Origin: Octopus sinensis
Lineage: Eukaryota
NCBI RefSeq assembly: GCF_006345805.1
Contig: NC_042998.1
Span: 107,818,001-107,882,000 of the forward strand
Direction of reading: 5' to 3'
DNA: 64,000 nt
The position numbers and the translations under genes are program-made. A model generated the notes under the pieces. The model did not search any database, had not been told where the DNA came from, and saw only the letters and a list, made by a program, of their open reading frames with translations. Shown piece by piece: positions 11,465 to 24,390 of this stretch (its first letter is position 1; every line of letters begins with the position of its first letter).

Positions 11465-14400
11465 CTGAAAAAAGGAAAAATAAAAAAAACAAACTTATAA
11501 TAGTGATGAAAGAAGAGAAAAATATTGAAACACATCAACAACTTGAAATGTATCCAGGATCTCAAGGCAGTGATTTTGGACTGAGAAGTGTAGTGGGTGG
11601 ATTTTGTTGCTGTGGTCCAGGTTGGAACCCAGCCATAATAATAATAATGATAATAAATAATGTCAGTAGAATATGTATGTAGAGTGTCCTAATAAAGTAA
11701 TTTTGGAATTTGCTTTTAATCCATAATTGAGTTATTTCATTCAAATTACATTTTGGACTTTGGACTGATAACACAATGAAAGTTGACTTATTCAAGTCTG
11801 TGAATGACATTTCAGGTAAGTTTGTGTGTGCCTTGAAGTGAACTGAGTAATGAGGGACTGAAAATATCTGTTGGTATCTGATACGCTATTCCATTTACTC
11901 CCCTGTACTGATTGCCATTACTTCCTCTTCTCCAGACCACCCAACCTATGCCAGAAGGAAAAGCAGATGTAAAAACAATGATGATGGGCTCTCTCTCTCT
12001 CTCTCTCTCTCTCTTTCACACACATGTATATATGACAGGTTCCTACAGTTTCTATCAATCAAACTCTACTTAAAAGGCATTAATCAGTCTATGGCTACAG
12101 GTAGAAGACACTTGCTCTATGTGGGATCAAATCTAGAACCATATGGTTACAGAGCAAACTATGTAACAACACAGCTATTTTTGCAACTATGTAAGGTCTC
12201 TTCCTTTTCTTATTTGAATCTATCGTATAAAAAAGGATTTGGTTTCTCTCTAACATAAACAAAGTTAGAAAAAACAACAATAGTGAAGAGTTACAGATTT
12301 TTAATGACAAAGTCAGAAAAGAAAGGGCAGTGCCCATGAGAGCTTTTTAATGCCCTTGAAACAGGAAGAAGAAAGCTCTATACAATGTTCATAATTTACT
12401 TCAAACACCACAGCTTTATTAAAAGTCGTTTAGTACATAACCACACTCTTATTTCACCCTCTTTCTTCATCAAATTATTGATGGTTAAACTTGATGTACC
12501 TGCAATGGTCTTGCAAGAAATGTTTAAGACAGTTGGTGTAGAGCTTATATATAATGTTCAGGCAAGTAATTTGCCAAGTGGCTCTTTTTGTTCTTGATCT
12601 GTGTATGCAATAGCAATTCTGTCTGGTATGTCATTTTCATCTTCATCATCATTTTAAGTAAACAAGTAGGTGGCTTTCCATTGAATGTCAATTATTAGAC
12701 CTCAGTCTGGTATCCTTCCTTTATACACCTTTGCCACACTTTTAATTAAACTTGATAGTGAATGATGAAGTTGATACATTACTCTTTCCTACTTGTCTTT
12801 GATACAGAATGGATCATAATTGAAATTCTTGCCATTCTATATTTTAAGCCAATATGTAAAGCACTTTAGGTATCCCCTAGGCATCACTTCAGAGTGATAA
12901 CAGGTATATTCAGACAGGATTAATTGGCCAGTGGTTATTAATACTTGTCAAAGTCTACAGTAATATTATCAATAACATTCAGTACTCTCATTAAAAACCA
13001 GCTGTTTGTTAATGACTACATAAAACTGGAAAAACTATCCTCAAATTACAGTCTTAAATAGTCTCTGTAGTTTGTTTCCAAAGAATTTGTTTTATATATG
13101 CAAATGACTTAAGCTTGAGAAGATTTTTGTCCCACTAACTTGTCTCAGTAATAGAACTTTCTCAAACTTTTTATAGCACCAGAACAATTCTTGATTTATT
13201 TGGAAAGTGTTTATGTAGTCTCTTCAATACTTATGCTGTACTATCAGGTACAGGTCTGAACTAAAGATTTTGTTCCATAGCAGAACAAAAACCACAAGCC
13301 AAAGACAGGATTTTTCTTTGCATCTACTTTTGATACTGTAACAGCTTGTGTTCTTTAAACATTTCAAAGCACATTTTGTTTTACAGTTCATTCAACTTTG
13401 CTTGTCATGATGTTCAGTAAAAATGGTTTAATGCATTTAAAAAAAAACGTGTATTAACTTATACAAGGCAAACTGATTTACATATTGGTGCCAGCTGTTT
13501 TCTTTCCACAACAAAATTATATTCAGTAGAGAAATATTATGATCTTTGATTCTATATTTTGTATCATAATTATAAATTTAACAGATGTCAACTAAGTATT
13601 GATATACAAATTAAATCACCCACCATGAATTAAGATAGATTTAAGTCTGGCTACAAGCTGTTTCTACTGGAACTACAGGGGCTCGAGTTACACTGATGTG
13701 AATTTTCAGAAGTCTGAAACTATGCAATCAATTTGATATCTCATATTCTGCTGATGAAACTTCATATTTCCAGTTTTACTGTTGTGTCTAATAATGACTC
13801 AACTCCATTTTCTAGATGAAAAGCATCTTTGAAGCACTTTCCAAGTTATATGGCTTGGATCATTTCTTTGCTAGAAACCTTTTGTAATATAAAGTTTCTC
13901 ATTCTTCAAAGTTTTCAAACAATTGGCTAAGATTGGAATTTAAAGCTTGAAAAGCAGCATTTTCAAGCTCAAATTTAAAGATAATACAGCAAGCAAAATG
14001 AAGATAAAATTTAATGGTTTCATCTCAAAGCATATCAGTTAGATTATGTGCCATGTAATTACTTTTTATTTCAACAAGTGATAAAGTTAGCCACTTATAT
14101 CCTTCTTGATATCCTCTCATTGCAGCAGGATAACTTGTACATATTTTGTTCAAACCAACTAATGTGTCATGTATTTCTATCATTCATTAGTAAATATGTT
14201 TTATTCTAATCATTTTGATGAAGAGTACTAGTGTTAAAATTAGGAAATTAAAAGGTAAGCAAGAAAATGCCTTTTGGCAGTATAAAGCAAAAATGTGGCC
14301 TGTTTACCTTTTTACCTTTTATTTGTTTCAGTCTTTAGATTGTGGCCATGCTGGGGCATTGCCTTCAAGGATTTTAGCTGAATGAACTGACCTCAATACA

Positions 14401-14489
14401 TACCCTTTTTAAGCCTGGTCTATTAGTCTCTCTTGCCAAACCACTAAGTCACAGAGACATAAACAAATCAACACTGGGCATAGTCCGAG

Positions 14490-14800
14490 ATAATGGTTGC
14501 TAATCCATGTTGCAGCACTAGACTAAGCTGAAGTATTCTATCACAGACTCTGACTACCTCGATTACATTATCAACCCATTTCTCCACAGGGAGTATACCT
14601 ACACCCCTAACCCCATCAGTGTTCCCTACCTATGTTATACCTATGTTCTTTGCCTGTGAGGAACCGAGCAGTACTTCCTCTCCATCTTACTTCTTGGATG
14701 CAGCACAAATCTACAAGTCTCTGTTCAAGCATCTCAACAATCTCACTAGACCTACCTTTCAATGTGCCAACATAAGTGTGCTCACTCTGAGGGTGTGGAA
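14490..14800 (-). mobile_element. RTE endonuclease N-terminal fragment
   Basis: Minus-strand translation VGTLKGRSSEIVEMLEQRLVDLCCIQEVRWRGSTARFLTGKEHRY...GVGILPVEKWVDNVIEVVRVCDRIL. Confidence 0.8.
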
Positions 14801-16261
14801 GGTGTGTGCTAGCAAGACACTGGTATGGGGGACAGAAGCATTATGCATCTGAAAAGAATGCTTGCATGTGCAATTGACAGATCTTGTAAACATACAAATA
14901 GGCTTCAACCTGCATACACTTCCCCATCATTATATTTGCTTCATAATCATTATCCCTAAAAAGTTTGCTTGCATGGTTTGAAGTTTATTGGAAAAATACC
15001 TCACACACAAGCTATTTTATGATGCTCATGGCATGTGATTCAGCAAGTAATAATAAGTAGAAGCACTCCTCTGTTGTGTTAAGGCTATCTCAATTTACAG
15101 GATTTCACACTTACAGGAACTGTAAAGTATAGTCTGTAATTTTGTTCTTACAGAAACTTTGATAAATTTTAAGTATTTAAAAGCTACACTTTCTTCTTAG
15201 CTAAAAGGTTGCTTCTCTCTACTTTAACTAAGATCAAAGTATAGTTCACAATTTGAAAAACTGTAATCCTGATACATACACACTTACACATATATATATG
15301 TTGTGTGTGTGTGTCTGTGTGTGCATGCATGCACGTGCATGTGTGTGTGTTTAAGTATGCAAGTGTTTAGCAGAGAAGAAAATAAGGCCTCTGTAAAGTT
15401 GGTTGAGATTTGTTTTGGCAAGGAACCAAAAGGACTAGGTGCAATTTGAGAAGCAAGAAAGCTTACAGGCTGTGTGAATTCTAGCCCAGTTTCAAAGAGT
15501 GGATGAGATTTGCCAGGCTTGTAAGCCTTGATTTTGCTCAAACAGCAGTAGCAACAAGCCACTTGTGGGACTTGGGACACTGAAATTTTGTTGCATGTGA
15601 GATGTGAAGGGATATGCCTAAATAGATAACATGTTTGATAATCTTTGTAAAATAATGGAACAGAATGGAAGTGTAAAATTTTTACATTTCTCTTTAATGG
15701 AGGGGACCTTTAGATATTCAAGAGACCCTTCTTAGTTGAAAAAGTCTCAAACAATGTATCAGCTGAATATTCCTCTCTTATAGGCCCTGATGAGTGGGCA
15801 GTAGCAGACTTGTAGTATCAAGTATTGTGTGCATTGTAATGTTTGACACATGGAAACACACACAACTCACAAGCTCAAGCATGTACACAAACACACACCC
15901 ACACACAGGGTACAAGCACCAATGGGCAGCTGTAGCCATATGTACAAATGCCAGGAAAACAGAAACAAGAAGAATATTTCACAAAGGAAAATAAAATGTC
16001 TTTTACAGATATGAAACATTAAAGTTATAAGGAAAGTAAAAATGGGGAGTTGTGATGTTGATACCTTTCTCTAAAGTGAAGTGACTAAATGGATTAACAA
16101 CATACAGTTGGACAATGTATAAATATGTGTATGCATAAATGTCTGTTTAAATGCATGTATTAATGTATGCTTATATGTATGTATACATACATGTAGGTAT
16201 ATGTACCGTTTTCTTTGAAATCTGAAAAATTCTTGCGGCCAATATAAAAATAGAACCTTAC

Positions 16262-16469
16262 CGTATACTGTTCAGTGACACACGTTCATGTTTGTTTTTG
16301 GTCAATTCTGGGATGAGAGACAGATGGGAAATCTGAACATTTGCCCAACCAAATTGAAAAACCAGGATGAAGGATATGTAGTATATTAGTTGTATGGAAT
16401 CTGGCTCATTGTCACAAGTAATGCAGGGATTGAAGATAAAAGGAAAGCTCAAAAGAACACAGAAAGTAC
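16262..16469 (-). CDS. MFSD12: MFSD12-like coding exon 3 ([15 protein letters not shown]...[32 protein letters not shown])
   Basis: tttag acceptor and CG|gtaagg donor; phases 1 and 2 fit both neighbours. Family motifs SFPFIF, QFGWA and [11 protein letters not shown] are present. Confidence 0.95.
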
Positions 16470-16914
16470 CTAAATTAAGAGAAAAACCAAAGTTTAAATA
16501 AAAAAAGGTTTAATCTTAAGTTAAAAGAAATTGTGTTAATTTATGTTAATCTATTATTATAGCAATTATGCCAACTATTATAATAGGTTAAAAGATGTGC
16601 TAATTATTGTAGTTTAAAGATGTGTTTGTTAAAATAACATTGAAAATATTCATAAGGGTGACTTCTGCATGAAGAATATATAGCCAAATGCAGGCTACCA
16701 AGAATGAAAATATGTTTTAACCAATTGCAATTACAACTGAAGACAAGTCCTATAAAAAAGAACAAAAGAGAAAAACCCTGACATTAAAGTTAATAAAAGA
16801 TTAAATGGAGATATGTAGAGGACAAGTGACTGAGGTTGGTATTTGGGAAGTATGCTTTGGCCATATTAGATCTCCTCAGAAAAGCATAGTACAAAACTAT
16901 CAGACTATATACTT

Positions 16915-17200
16915 CTCCTCTTCCTTTAACATCCATTTTTCATGTTGGTATGGGTTGGATGATTTGGCCAGAACTGGCAAGCAGGGGAGCTACACCAGGT
17001 TCCAGTCTGATTTAGCTTGGCTTCTATGGCTGGATGCCCTTCTTAATGCTAGCTTACTTTGCAGAGTGTGCTGGGTGCTTTTACATGGCACCTGCACAGG
17101 TACTTTTACATAGCACCAGCATAGGTTCTATTACGTGGTGCTGGTACAGGTGCTTTTTATGTGGTACTAGCACAGGGGTCTTTCAGGCCAATCCTCTTCA
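16915..17200 (-). mobile_element. RTE-tail element (family C), older
   Basis: ttttcatgttggtatgggttggatg...ctggatgcccttcttaatgc...gtgcttttacatggcacc. Confidence 0.75.
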
Positions 17201-19639
17201 GCAAGAGGAGTGGCATTAACACTTCTGCTGTGGAGGATAGGTCTTTTTATGTACAGCAAGGTGCCAGACATCTTGGTCCTTTATCATCTCTCTCAGTCCT
17301 TGAAGAATGTATAATTTTAGTGTAGAAAATTCACTGATTTGGCAATTAACATAACAACATGAAGACATTTCCTAAAGGTGCATTCTCTATGGTAGCCTGC
17401 AATTAATTTTATATTCTTCACAGAGAAAGCATTCTTGAGAATTTGAAAGAGAAAAGAGAAACAATAAAATCCAGTTAATTTTTGTTTTAAATTGGTATTA
17501 GTAATATTATTATTTATTAAAAATAAAGATTCAGGATTAATTTAAACACAGAAGATATCAATTAAAAAGTGCATTCAATTGGGATTTTCAGCTATAACCA
17601 TCCTATTTTTAATAAGACATATGCTGATTTTAAATTGAGGATTTAGGAATTAAAACTGTTGGCTTCACTTCCATTTTAAAAACAGTATGGTGCTTGTTTG
17701 GAAACATTTAATTTTTACACTGTGAAATTTAAGGGACTAGCTAGATTAAAGCTTTCTGGCTGGTATGTAAAGTTATTTTATACTGTTTGATAGAAATATG
17801 ACTTTTTTTAGTGGCAATCATTTTTAGCAGAGCATTTTTAACGATTTACACTTCAGTAGTTAACACATGTTAACACTTGATCTTTTATTCAGAAAAGAGT
17901 TAAATGAAGGTGAACAGTTTAAATCTTAACAATTTGAAAGCATTTCTAAAACTTATGATAGGTTGTATAACATGCCCAACACTCTAGAGAATGCAGAGTG
18001 TTGCAGTCAAAGGCTGTGAAATGTGACCAGCAGAGGCTGTGAAGCATTGCTAGTAGAGACTGTTAGGGAGAATTGTCAATAGGGACTATGGGGCGTCGTT
18101 GACAGAAACTGTGAAGTACTGTTGAGAGAGGGTACTGATATAACCAATTCCATTTCTTTAACCTGAAATCAGCTCTGGCTGAGCAAATTTATGACATCCT
18201 ATCTGTTTTGTATATTTAGGTCTATAAATTATTCTGCTGATACTTTTTTTTTTTATTAGATATATTTCTCATAAACAGCTATGACAAAAAAGAAAAGTAC
18301 CTGAAATATTTGCACAGAGATTTAAGTTTAGATTGAGAGAAAAGATCCATTGAAGAATGAAAGATATATAATTGATCATTGGATAAAAGTAGACATGTGT
18401 AAGAGAGAAAGGTTTCTAATAAATAATAGAAAGCATGATTTGCCACTGAAGTGAGGGAGAGGAGGGGAGGTTAATGGCTGAAGTTGGTTGGGATGAAATT
18501 TTAAAAAGGAGGATTCAGAAGTTAAAAAGATAAATGCTGTGGGAATGTAGAAAGGAAAATTTACCCTGGAAGAAGGGAAGATTGAAATATTTCTTCCAGG
18601 GTAAATTTCACAATGAATTGGGACAATAAACACTATATCCACTATTTAGTTAAAACAGTTATTTTTTAAAACTTTGAATCTTTATTGTATAATGTAAATG
18701 ACCTGAGATGGCATTCACAGCCAGTATTTTAACCATAGAATTATCATACCTCCCAATAGCAAACATGATACATCACGAGAAACAACATATGTTTATTATC
18801 TTCTTCTTGATATATATCTAGCAGATATATTTCACAACAGATTTAAAAAACAAACACGCATTTGGTTTGAATTATCAGAAAATCACAACAACCCTTACCA
18901 AAACCAAGTGATAAACTACAAAAGATTTTTATCTCTAGAAATGTATGATACTATCAAAAATATTAGATTTTGTTGTTATGCAAAGTAAATTTGGTTGAAC
19001 TGTCTAAAATTTCCCTTGCAAGATATATATCACTTAATCTGATTAATGAAATGTTTTTGGAAGAATAGTCAGAATGCTGAGTACACCAGATGAATTTCCA
19101 CTTGTGCTTTTCCTGCATATAGAACACACTCATCTCTCTGACAACAATAGGATTTTGTTTTCTATTTACTAAAATTTAAGCCATTGTTAAGTTTATGTTA
19201 AGATCTCTAAATTTTAGGTTTTACTTGGAATTTCTTTTACTTTACTAGATTCATTTCCTTTTATTTCTATTTTTAGTTTTATAAATATATGTAACAGTAT
19301 CAACCATTAATATTATATTAACCCTTTTTTAAAAATATTTCTTTTGAAATATACAACCTTTGTTTCAATAAATTTTGACTGTTTCAGGAAGATTAGTATC
19401 AAAACTGTTAAACACTTTTATTGAGAAATACAATTTTTTAATGATAGGCTGTTAAAAATTGGTGTCAGTATATAGAAATATGTTCATCTTAAATTATCTT
19501 TAGAAAATGTTTCATTATTTTAAATTTACTTTAGCATTTAGTATAAGTACCCAAGGTGACAAACACACAGAAAACCCAGTAACACATGCTTCATTAAAAT
19601 ACCACATTTTAGTGAGAGGATAACTGCAGCCATCTTACT

Positions 19640-21090
19640 TCATGGTAAGTTGCTTTGCAGCATTTCTTCCTCCTCGAAAATTTCGGGTCATGTGCCTATG
19701 GTTGAAAGGAATATTATTATTAAAATATGTCTTGATTGGCACAACAATACAGAGTGGACTATAATAACTGTTATAATTCAATTATCCATAATATTTCGGA
19801 ATATAAAAATTCCTTCTTCAGATATCACTAGGAATTGATTGAGTCACTGCTATAATTGGTTCTCCAAAGGTTACTGAAATTTTTTTTTATGGAAGTGTCT
19901 CTGCAGTGGTCTCACAAAGCTCCTTCCGGAATTCTTCATGAGAAGTGCGTGAGGGTGGCCATATCTCAAGCTTGTGTGTGTTGGCACATCCCCCAGTGCT
20001 GTTTTTAAGTTATGTATTATATTCTTTATTTTTGTTTCAGTCATTTGACTGCAGCCATGCTGGAGCACTGCTTCAGTCTCTTTTCCCAAACTACTAAGTT
20101 ATGGGGACGTAGACACGTCACCATCGGCTGTCAAGTGATGGTGGGGGGACAAACACACATGTACATACATACATACATATATATATGACAAGCTTCTTTC
20201 AGTTTCCATCTACTAAATCCACTCACAAGGCTTTGGTTGGCCCGAGGCTATAGCAAAAGACACATGCCCAAGGTACCATGCAGTGGGACTAAACCTGGAA
20301 CAATGTGATTGGTAAGCAAGCTACTTACCACATAGCCACTTCTGCGCCTACGTGCAGTTTTTTTTTTTATAATACATGAGCATGTTATCAAAAATGAACC
20401 TATATGCATCCAGATGAGGCTAATATATTGATTGCCAACCTCCAGCCTGTTGTTAATTTGGGGCCCTAGTCTGTTTATGAGGATAGCTTCCTTAATTCTT
20501 AGATTACCCAAATTTCTTTCATTGGCCTCAATTATGAGTTATGCTTTTGTCAGTGTTCTGGCATCTGTCTAGATGTTTTCTGAAGGAGGAGGCACTTGTG
20601 TTCAGATGTTTTTTGATGTGAATGTCTAGCGGTCTTGTGCTACCCATATAGAACTTATTGCATTCTATACACAACATTTACCTGTTGGCATAAATCTGTG
20701 TCACGGATGGGGCGGTTAGTTAGTGTGCACTGATTGCTGACCCTTGCTCCTTTCTTTGGTAGGTGTCTTCACAGAAAGGGACTGGAGTGGGCTAGTTGTA
20801 TGTCTAATCCTTCTCTTCTTATGGCTCTTCGGATGGCTGTAGTTATCCTCTCACTAAAATGTGGTATTTTAATGAAGCATGTGTTACTGGGTTTTCTGTG
20901 TGTTTGTCGCCCTGGGTACTTAAGCTGATTTACAATGAATATAGGGTACTCGTTGGTTTCTAGTATCTCTAGGAAGCATGTGGTGTGGTTTACCTTGTCC
21001 TCTGTCCTGCAGCACTTGCTCTGGATGCGTGCAAGTTCAAGACAATGTATGAGTGTTCAGTTTTTACTGAACGACCTGCACAAACAAATT
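19640..21090 (-). mobile_element. Penelope-like retroelement (GIY-YIG region plus 3' pLTR), interrupted by a SINE
   Basis: Minus-strand conceptual translation IKIPHFSERITTAIRRAI...VVYRM...FYMGST.RPL.IHIKKHL...LRIKEAILINRLGPQINN is GIY-YIG endonuclease-like. Downstream hammerhead-like motif at 19778-19838. Confidence 0.8.
20025..20345 (-). mobile_element. tRNA/CORE-like SINE (family B) inserted in the Penelope element
   Basis: Minus-strand head gtggctatgtggtaag...ggtttagtcccactgcatggtaccttgggca; internal microsatellite linker. Confidence 0.85.
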
Positions 21091-22209
21091 GTTTTAGAGT
21101 GTGGTACCAGGGCCGGTGGCACACACTTTGTGGTACCAGTGCCGGTGGCACACATGAGAACCATCCGAACATGGCCGTAGCCAGTTCCGCATCGACCGGC
21201 CTCCGTGCTGTGGGCACGTAACAAACACCATCCGATCATGGCCGTTCGTCAGCCTCATCTGGCACCTGTGTCGGTGGCACATAAAAAACACCTTCCGAAG
21301 ACCCGGCAAGACTAGTCAGTCCACCTGTGCATACCTTCCTTCTTGTGACACTTGTGAAGACCGGTTGAGGCAAGTGAAAATCAAATCAAATCAAAATAGA
21401 CAAAATAGATGAACATCAATGGAATTTGTATCTTGTGGTACCAGTGCCTGTGGCACACAAGAAATCCATCAGTGCTGTAGTCAGTGCGGTGGGCACATGA
21501 CAAACACCATCCGATCGTGGCCGTTCGCCAGCCTCATCTAGCACCTGTGTCGGTGGCACATAAAAACACCATCCGAAGACCCGGCAAGACTAGTCAGGCC
21601 ATAACCCATGGCCCCTACCTGGGACGTAGTCAGTCCACCTGTGCATACCTTCCTTCTTGTGACACTTGTGAAGACCTGTTGAGGCAAGTGAAAATCAAAT
21701 CAAAACAAATCAAAATAGATGAACATCAATGGAATTTGTATCTTTGTGGTACCAATGCCGGTGGCACGTGGCACACAATAAAACCATCCGAACGTGGCCG
21801 TAGCCAGTACCGCATCGACTGGCCTCCGTGCTGTGGGCACGTAACAAGCACCATCTGATCGTGGCCGTTTGCCAGCCTCATCTGGCACCTGTGTCGGTGG
21901 CACATAAAAACACCATCCGAGCGTGGCCGTCTGCCAGCCTCGTCTGGCACCTGTGTCGGTGGCACATAAAAAACACCATCCGAGCATGGCCGTTTGCCAG
22001 CCTCGCCTGGCACCTGTGTCGGTGGCACATAAAATCACCCACTACACTCTCGGAGTGGTTGGCGTTAGGAAGGGCATCCAGCTGTAGAAACACTGCCAGA
22101 TCTGACTGGACTGGTGCAGCTTTCGGGCTCCCCAGACCCCAGTTGAACCGTCCAACCCATGCTAGCATGGAAAGCGGACGTTAAATGATGATGATGATGA
22201 TGATGATGA
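21090..22209 (+). mobile_element. Young RTE-family 3' end with a tandemly amplified 3' UTR and (ATG)n tail
   Basis: ~60-bp monomers in ~310-330-bp higher-order units, then the common tail cactacactctcggagtggttggcgttaggaagggcatcc...gttaaatgatgatg. CpGs largely intact. Confidence 0.8.
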
Positions 22210-22493
22210 GCAAATGTTTATATTGTACATTAGCTCACTACCTCTATCGAACTGATGTTGCCTGAACAGGAACATAGTGTACCAGATGTCAGGTGTTGAA
22301 GTAATAGAAGTGTTCCAATGGTTTAGATTAAATTACATCCAATGTCCATTCATAAGAGAGCATAAATAATTTGAGAATCTTGTTTGTGGTGGCAAATGAT
22401 AATCAGTTTGTTTCATTTAAGAAGTGGCGTATTTGACAGTAAGGTTTGAGTAGTTTCCTGGTTGCACACACACACACACACACACACATAAAG

Positions 22494-22660
22494 GGGTAGG
22501 TGTGGCTGTGTGGTAAGAAGCTTGCTTCTCAACCACATAGTCTTGGGTTCAGTCCCACTGCGTGGCACCTCGGGCAAGTGTCTCCTTCTATAGCCTTGGG
22601 CAAACCAAAGCCTTGTGAGTGGATTTGGTAGTTGGAAACTGAAAGAACCTATCATATATA
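22494..22660 (+). mobile_element. SINE family B, 5' part
   Basis: gtggctgtgtggtaagaagc...gggttcagtcccactgcgtggcacctcgggcaagtgtc (A box, B box, CORE-like block). Confidence 0.85.
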
Positions 22661-23960
22661 TGATGTGAGGACCAAAGAACTGAAGTATTTTGGATTGCAA
22701 GGCAGTGTGTGAGAAAAATTGTGATGTTACAGAAGAGAAATGTGTCCACATGTATGATGGTGCACTTACTTTTAATGATTCTGCAAAGAAAGAGGCTTGG
22801 AGATGCCATTATGAAAGGCTGCTGAATGTGGAGAATGAATAGAAGGAGAAAAGCCTGGCAAATGTTGACCCAGTTGAGGGACCAGCTACCCGAATTGATT
22901 ACACCCTGGTACATAAAGCAATTAAGGATATGAAGTCAAGAAAAGCCCCTGGCCCATCTAGAATAACTGCTGAGAGGCTTAAAATATCTGGTGGTGTGGG
23001 TTATGGTCTAGTCACCTGGTGTAGCAGCATCATAGTCTGCTAAGTTGAGAATCAATATTGCAAAGTTCTAGTAAGTAGGAAGGCGAACACATCACACACC
23101 TCTTCATGTAGGTGGCCCTGCTTGATCTGTAGAAAAGGTGTAGGTAGAAACTCCATAAGATGTACTCAGTGTAAGCTATGGACACATAAGAAGTGCAGCA
23201 ACATCAAAGGAAGATTAACTGGGAAGCTAGCTTTTGTGTGCAGCAGATGCACAGGGGCAAAACACCACAGATGCTCAGAAAATAGATTCCATCACATATC
23301 AGGGGGAGAAACTAGAAGTAGTTGATTGCCTCTGCTACCTAGGTGACCAAGTCTGTAGTGGGGGTGGATGCTCAGAGAGTGTTACCACTAGAATAAGAAT
23401 AACCTGGCAAAGTTCAGAAAGTTTCTACTCCTACTGGTGACAAAGGGCCTCTCGCTCAGAGTGAAAGGTAGATTGTACAATGCATGTGTGCGAACAGCAG
23501 TGAAACATGGGATGTGACTGCTGAAGACATGTGTAGGCTTGAAAGAAATGAAGCTAGGATGATCCGCTGGATATTGTATGTTAGTGTGTACACACTGACA
23601 GAAATGTTGGACATAAGATGCATTGGATGTGGTATGCAAGAGAGATGTTTGTGTTGGTATGGTCATGTACTATGGATGGATGAGGAGAGCTGTGTGAAGA
23701 AGTGCCACTCCCAAACAGTGGAAGGAATCCAGGGTAGAGGGAGACCCAGAAGACATGGGATGAAGTGGTGAAGCATGACCTTTGAATGTTAGGCCTCACA
23801 GAGGCAATGACAAAAGACCGAGAACTCTGGAGATATGCTGTGACTGAGAAGACCTGGCAAATAAAGTGAGTTCACAGCTGTAACCCACACCACTGTTGCA
23901 TAACCAGCCCACTCAAAAGTACCTTGGATTGTAGGGTGAGATGCCATGTTTGAGGAGGTC
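22660..23960 (+). mobile_element. Internally deleted RTE-clade LINE with PHD-like Cys finger and ORF C-terminus
   Basis: CRKGVGRNSIRCTQCKLWTHKKCSNIKG...CSRC, LCYLGD, RLERNEARMIRW and GRGRPR. Compared with the 63 kb copy, the RT core is missing. Confidence 0.85.
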
Positions 23961-24035
23961 TACTGAGTCAAGTACATCATCATCATCATCGTCTAGCGTC
24001 CGCTTTCCATGCTGGCATGGGTTGGATGGGTATCA

Positions 24036-24390
24036 TCAGCAAATCAAATCAAATGGAAATTGTAGATGTGATCCCCGTGCCGGTGGCATGTAAAAAGCAC
24101 CATCTGAACGTGGCCGATGCCAGCGCCACCTTGACTGGCTTCCATACTGGTGGCACGTAAAAAGCACCATCTGATTGTGGGTGATGCCAGCCTCGTCTGG
24201 CCCCTGTGCCAGTGGCATGTAAAATGTACCCACTATACTTTTGGAGTGGTTGGCATTAGGAAGGGCATCCAGCTGTAGAAATACTGCCAGATCAGACTGT
24301 TGCCTGGTGCAGCCTCCTGGCTTCCTAGACCCCGGTTGAACCATCCAACCCATGCCAGCATGGAAAACGAATGTTAAACGATGATGATGA
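24036..24390 (+). mobile_element. RTE-tail element (family C) with three gtgccggtggcac-type monomers
   Basis: Same monomers and tail as 21090-22209; ends gttaaacgatgatgatg. Confidence 0.8.

Noticed and set aside
21090-22030. CRISPR-like repeat array (palindromic repeats at regular spacing)
   Set aside because: The 'spacers' are themselves repeated, the array ends in a retroelement tail, there are no cas genes and the context is eukaryotic.
20934-22184. Many overlapping 60-124 aa ORFs
   Set aside because: They are translations of a GC-rich tandem repeat and of Penelope antisense sequence.
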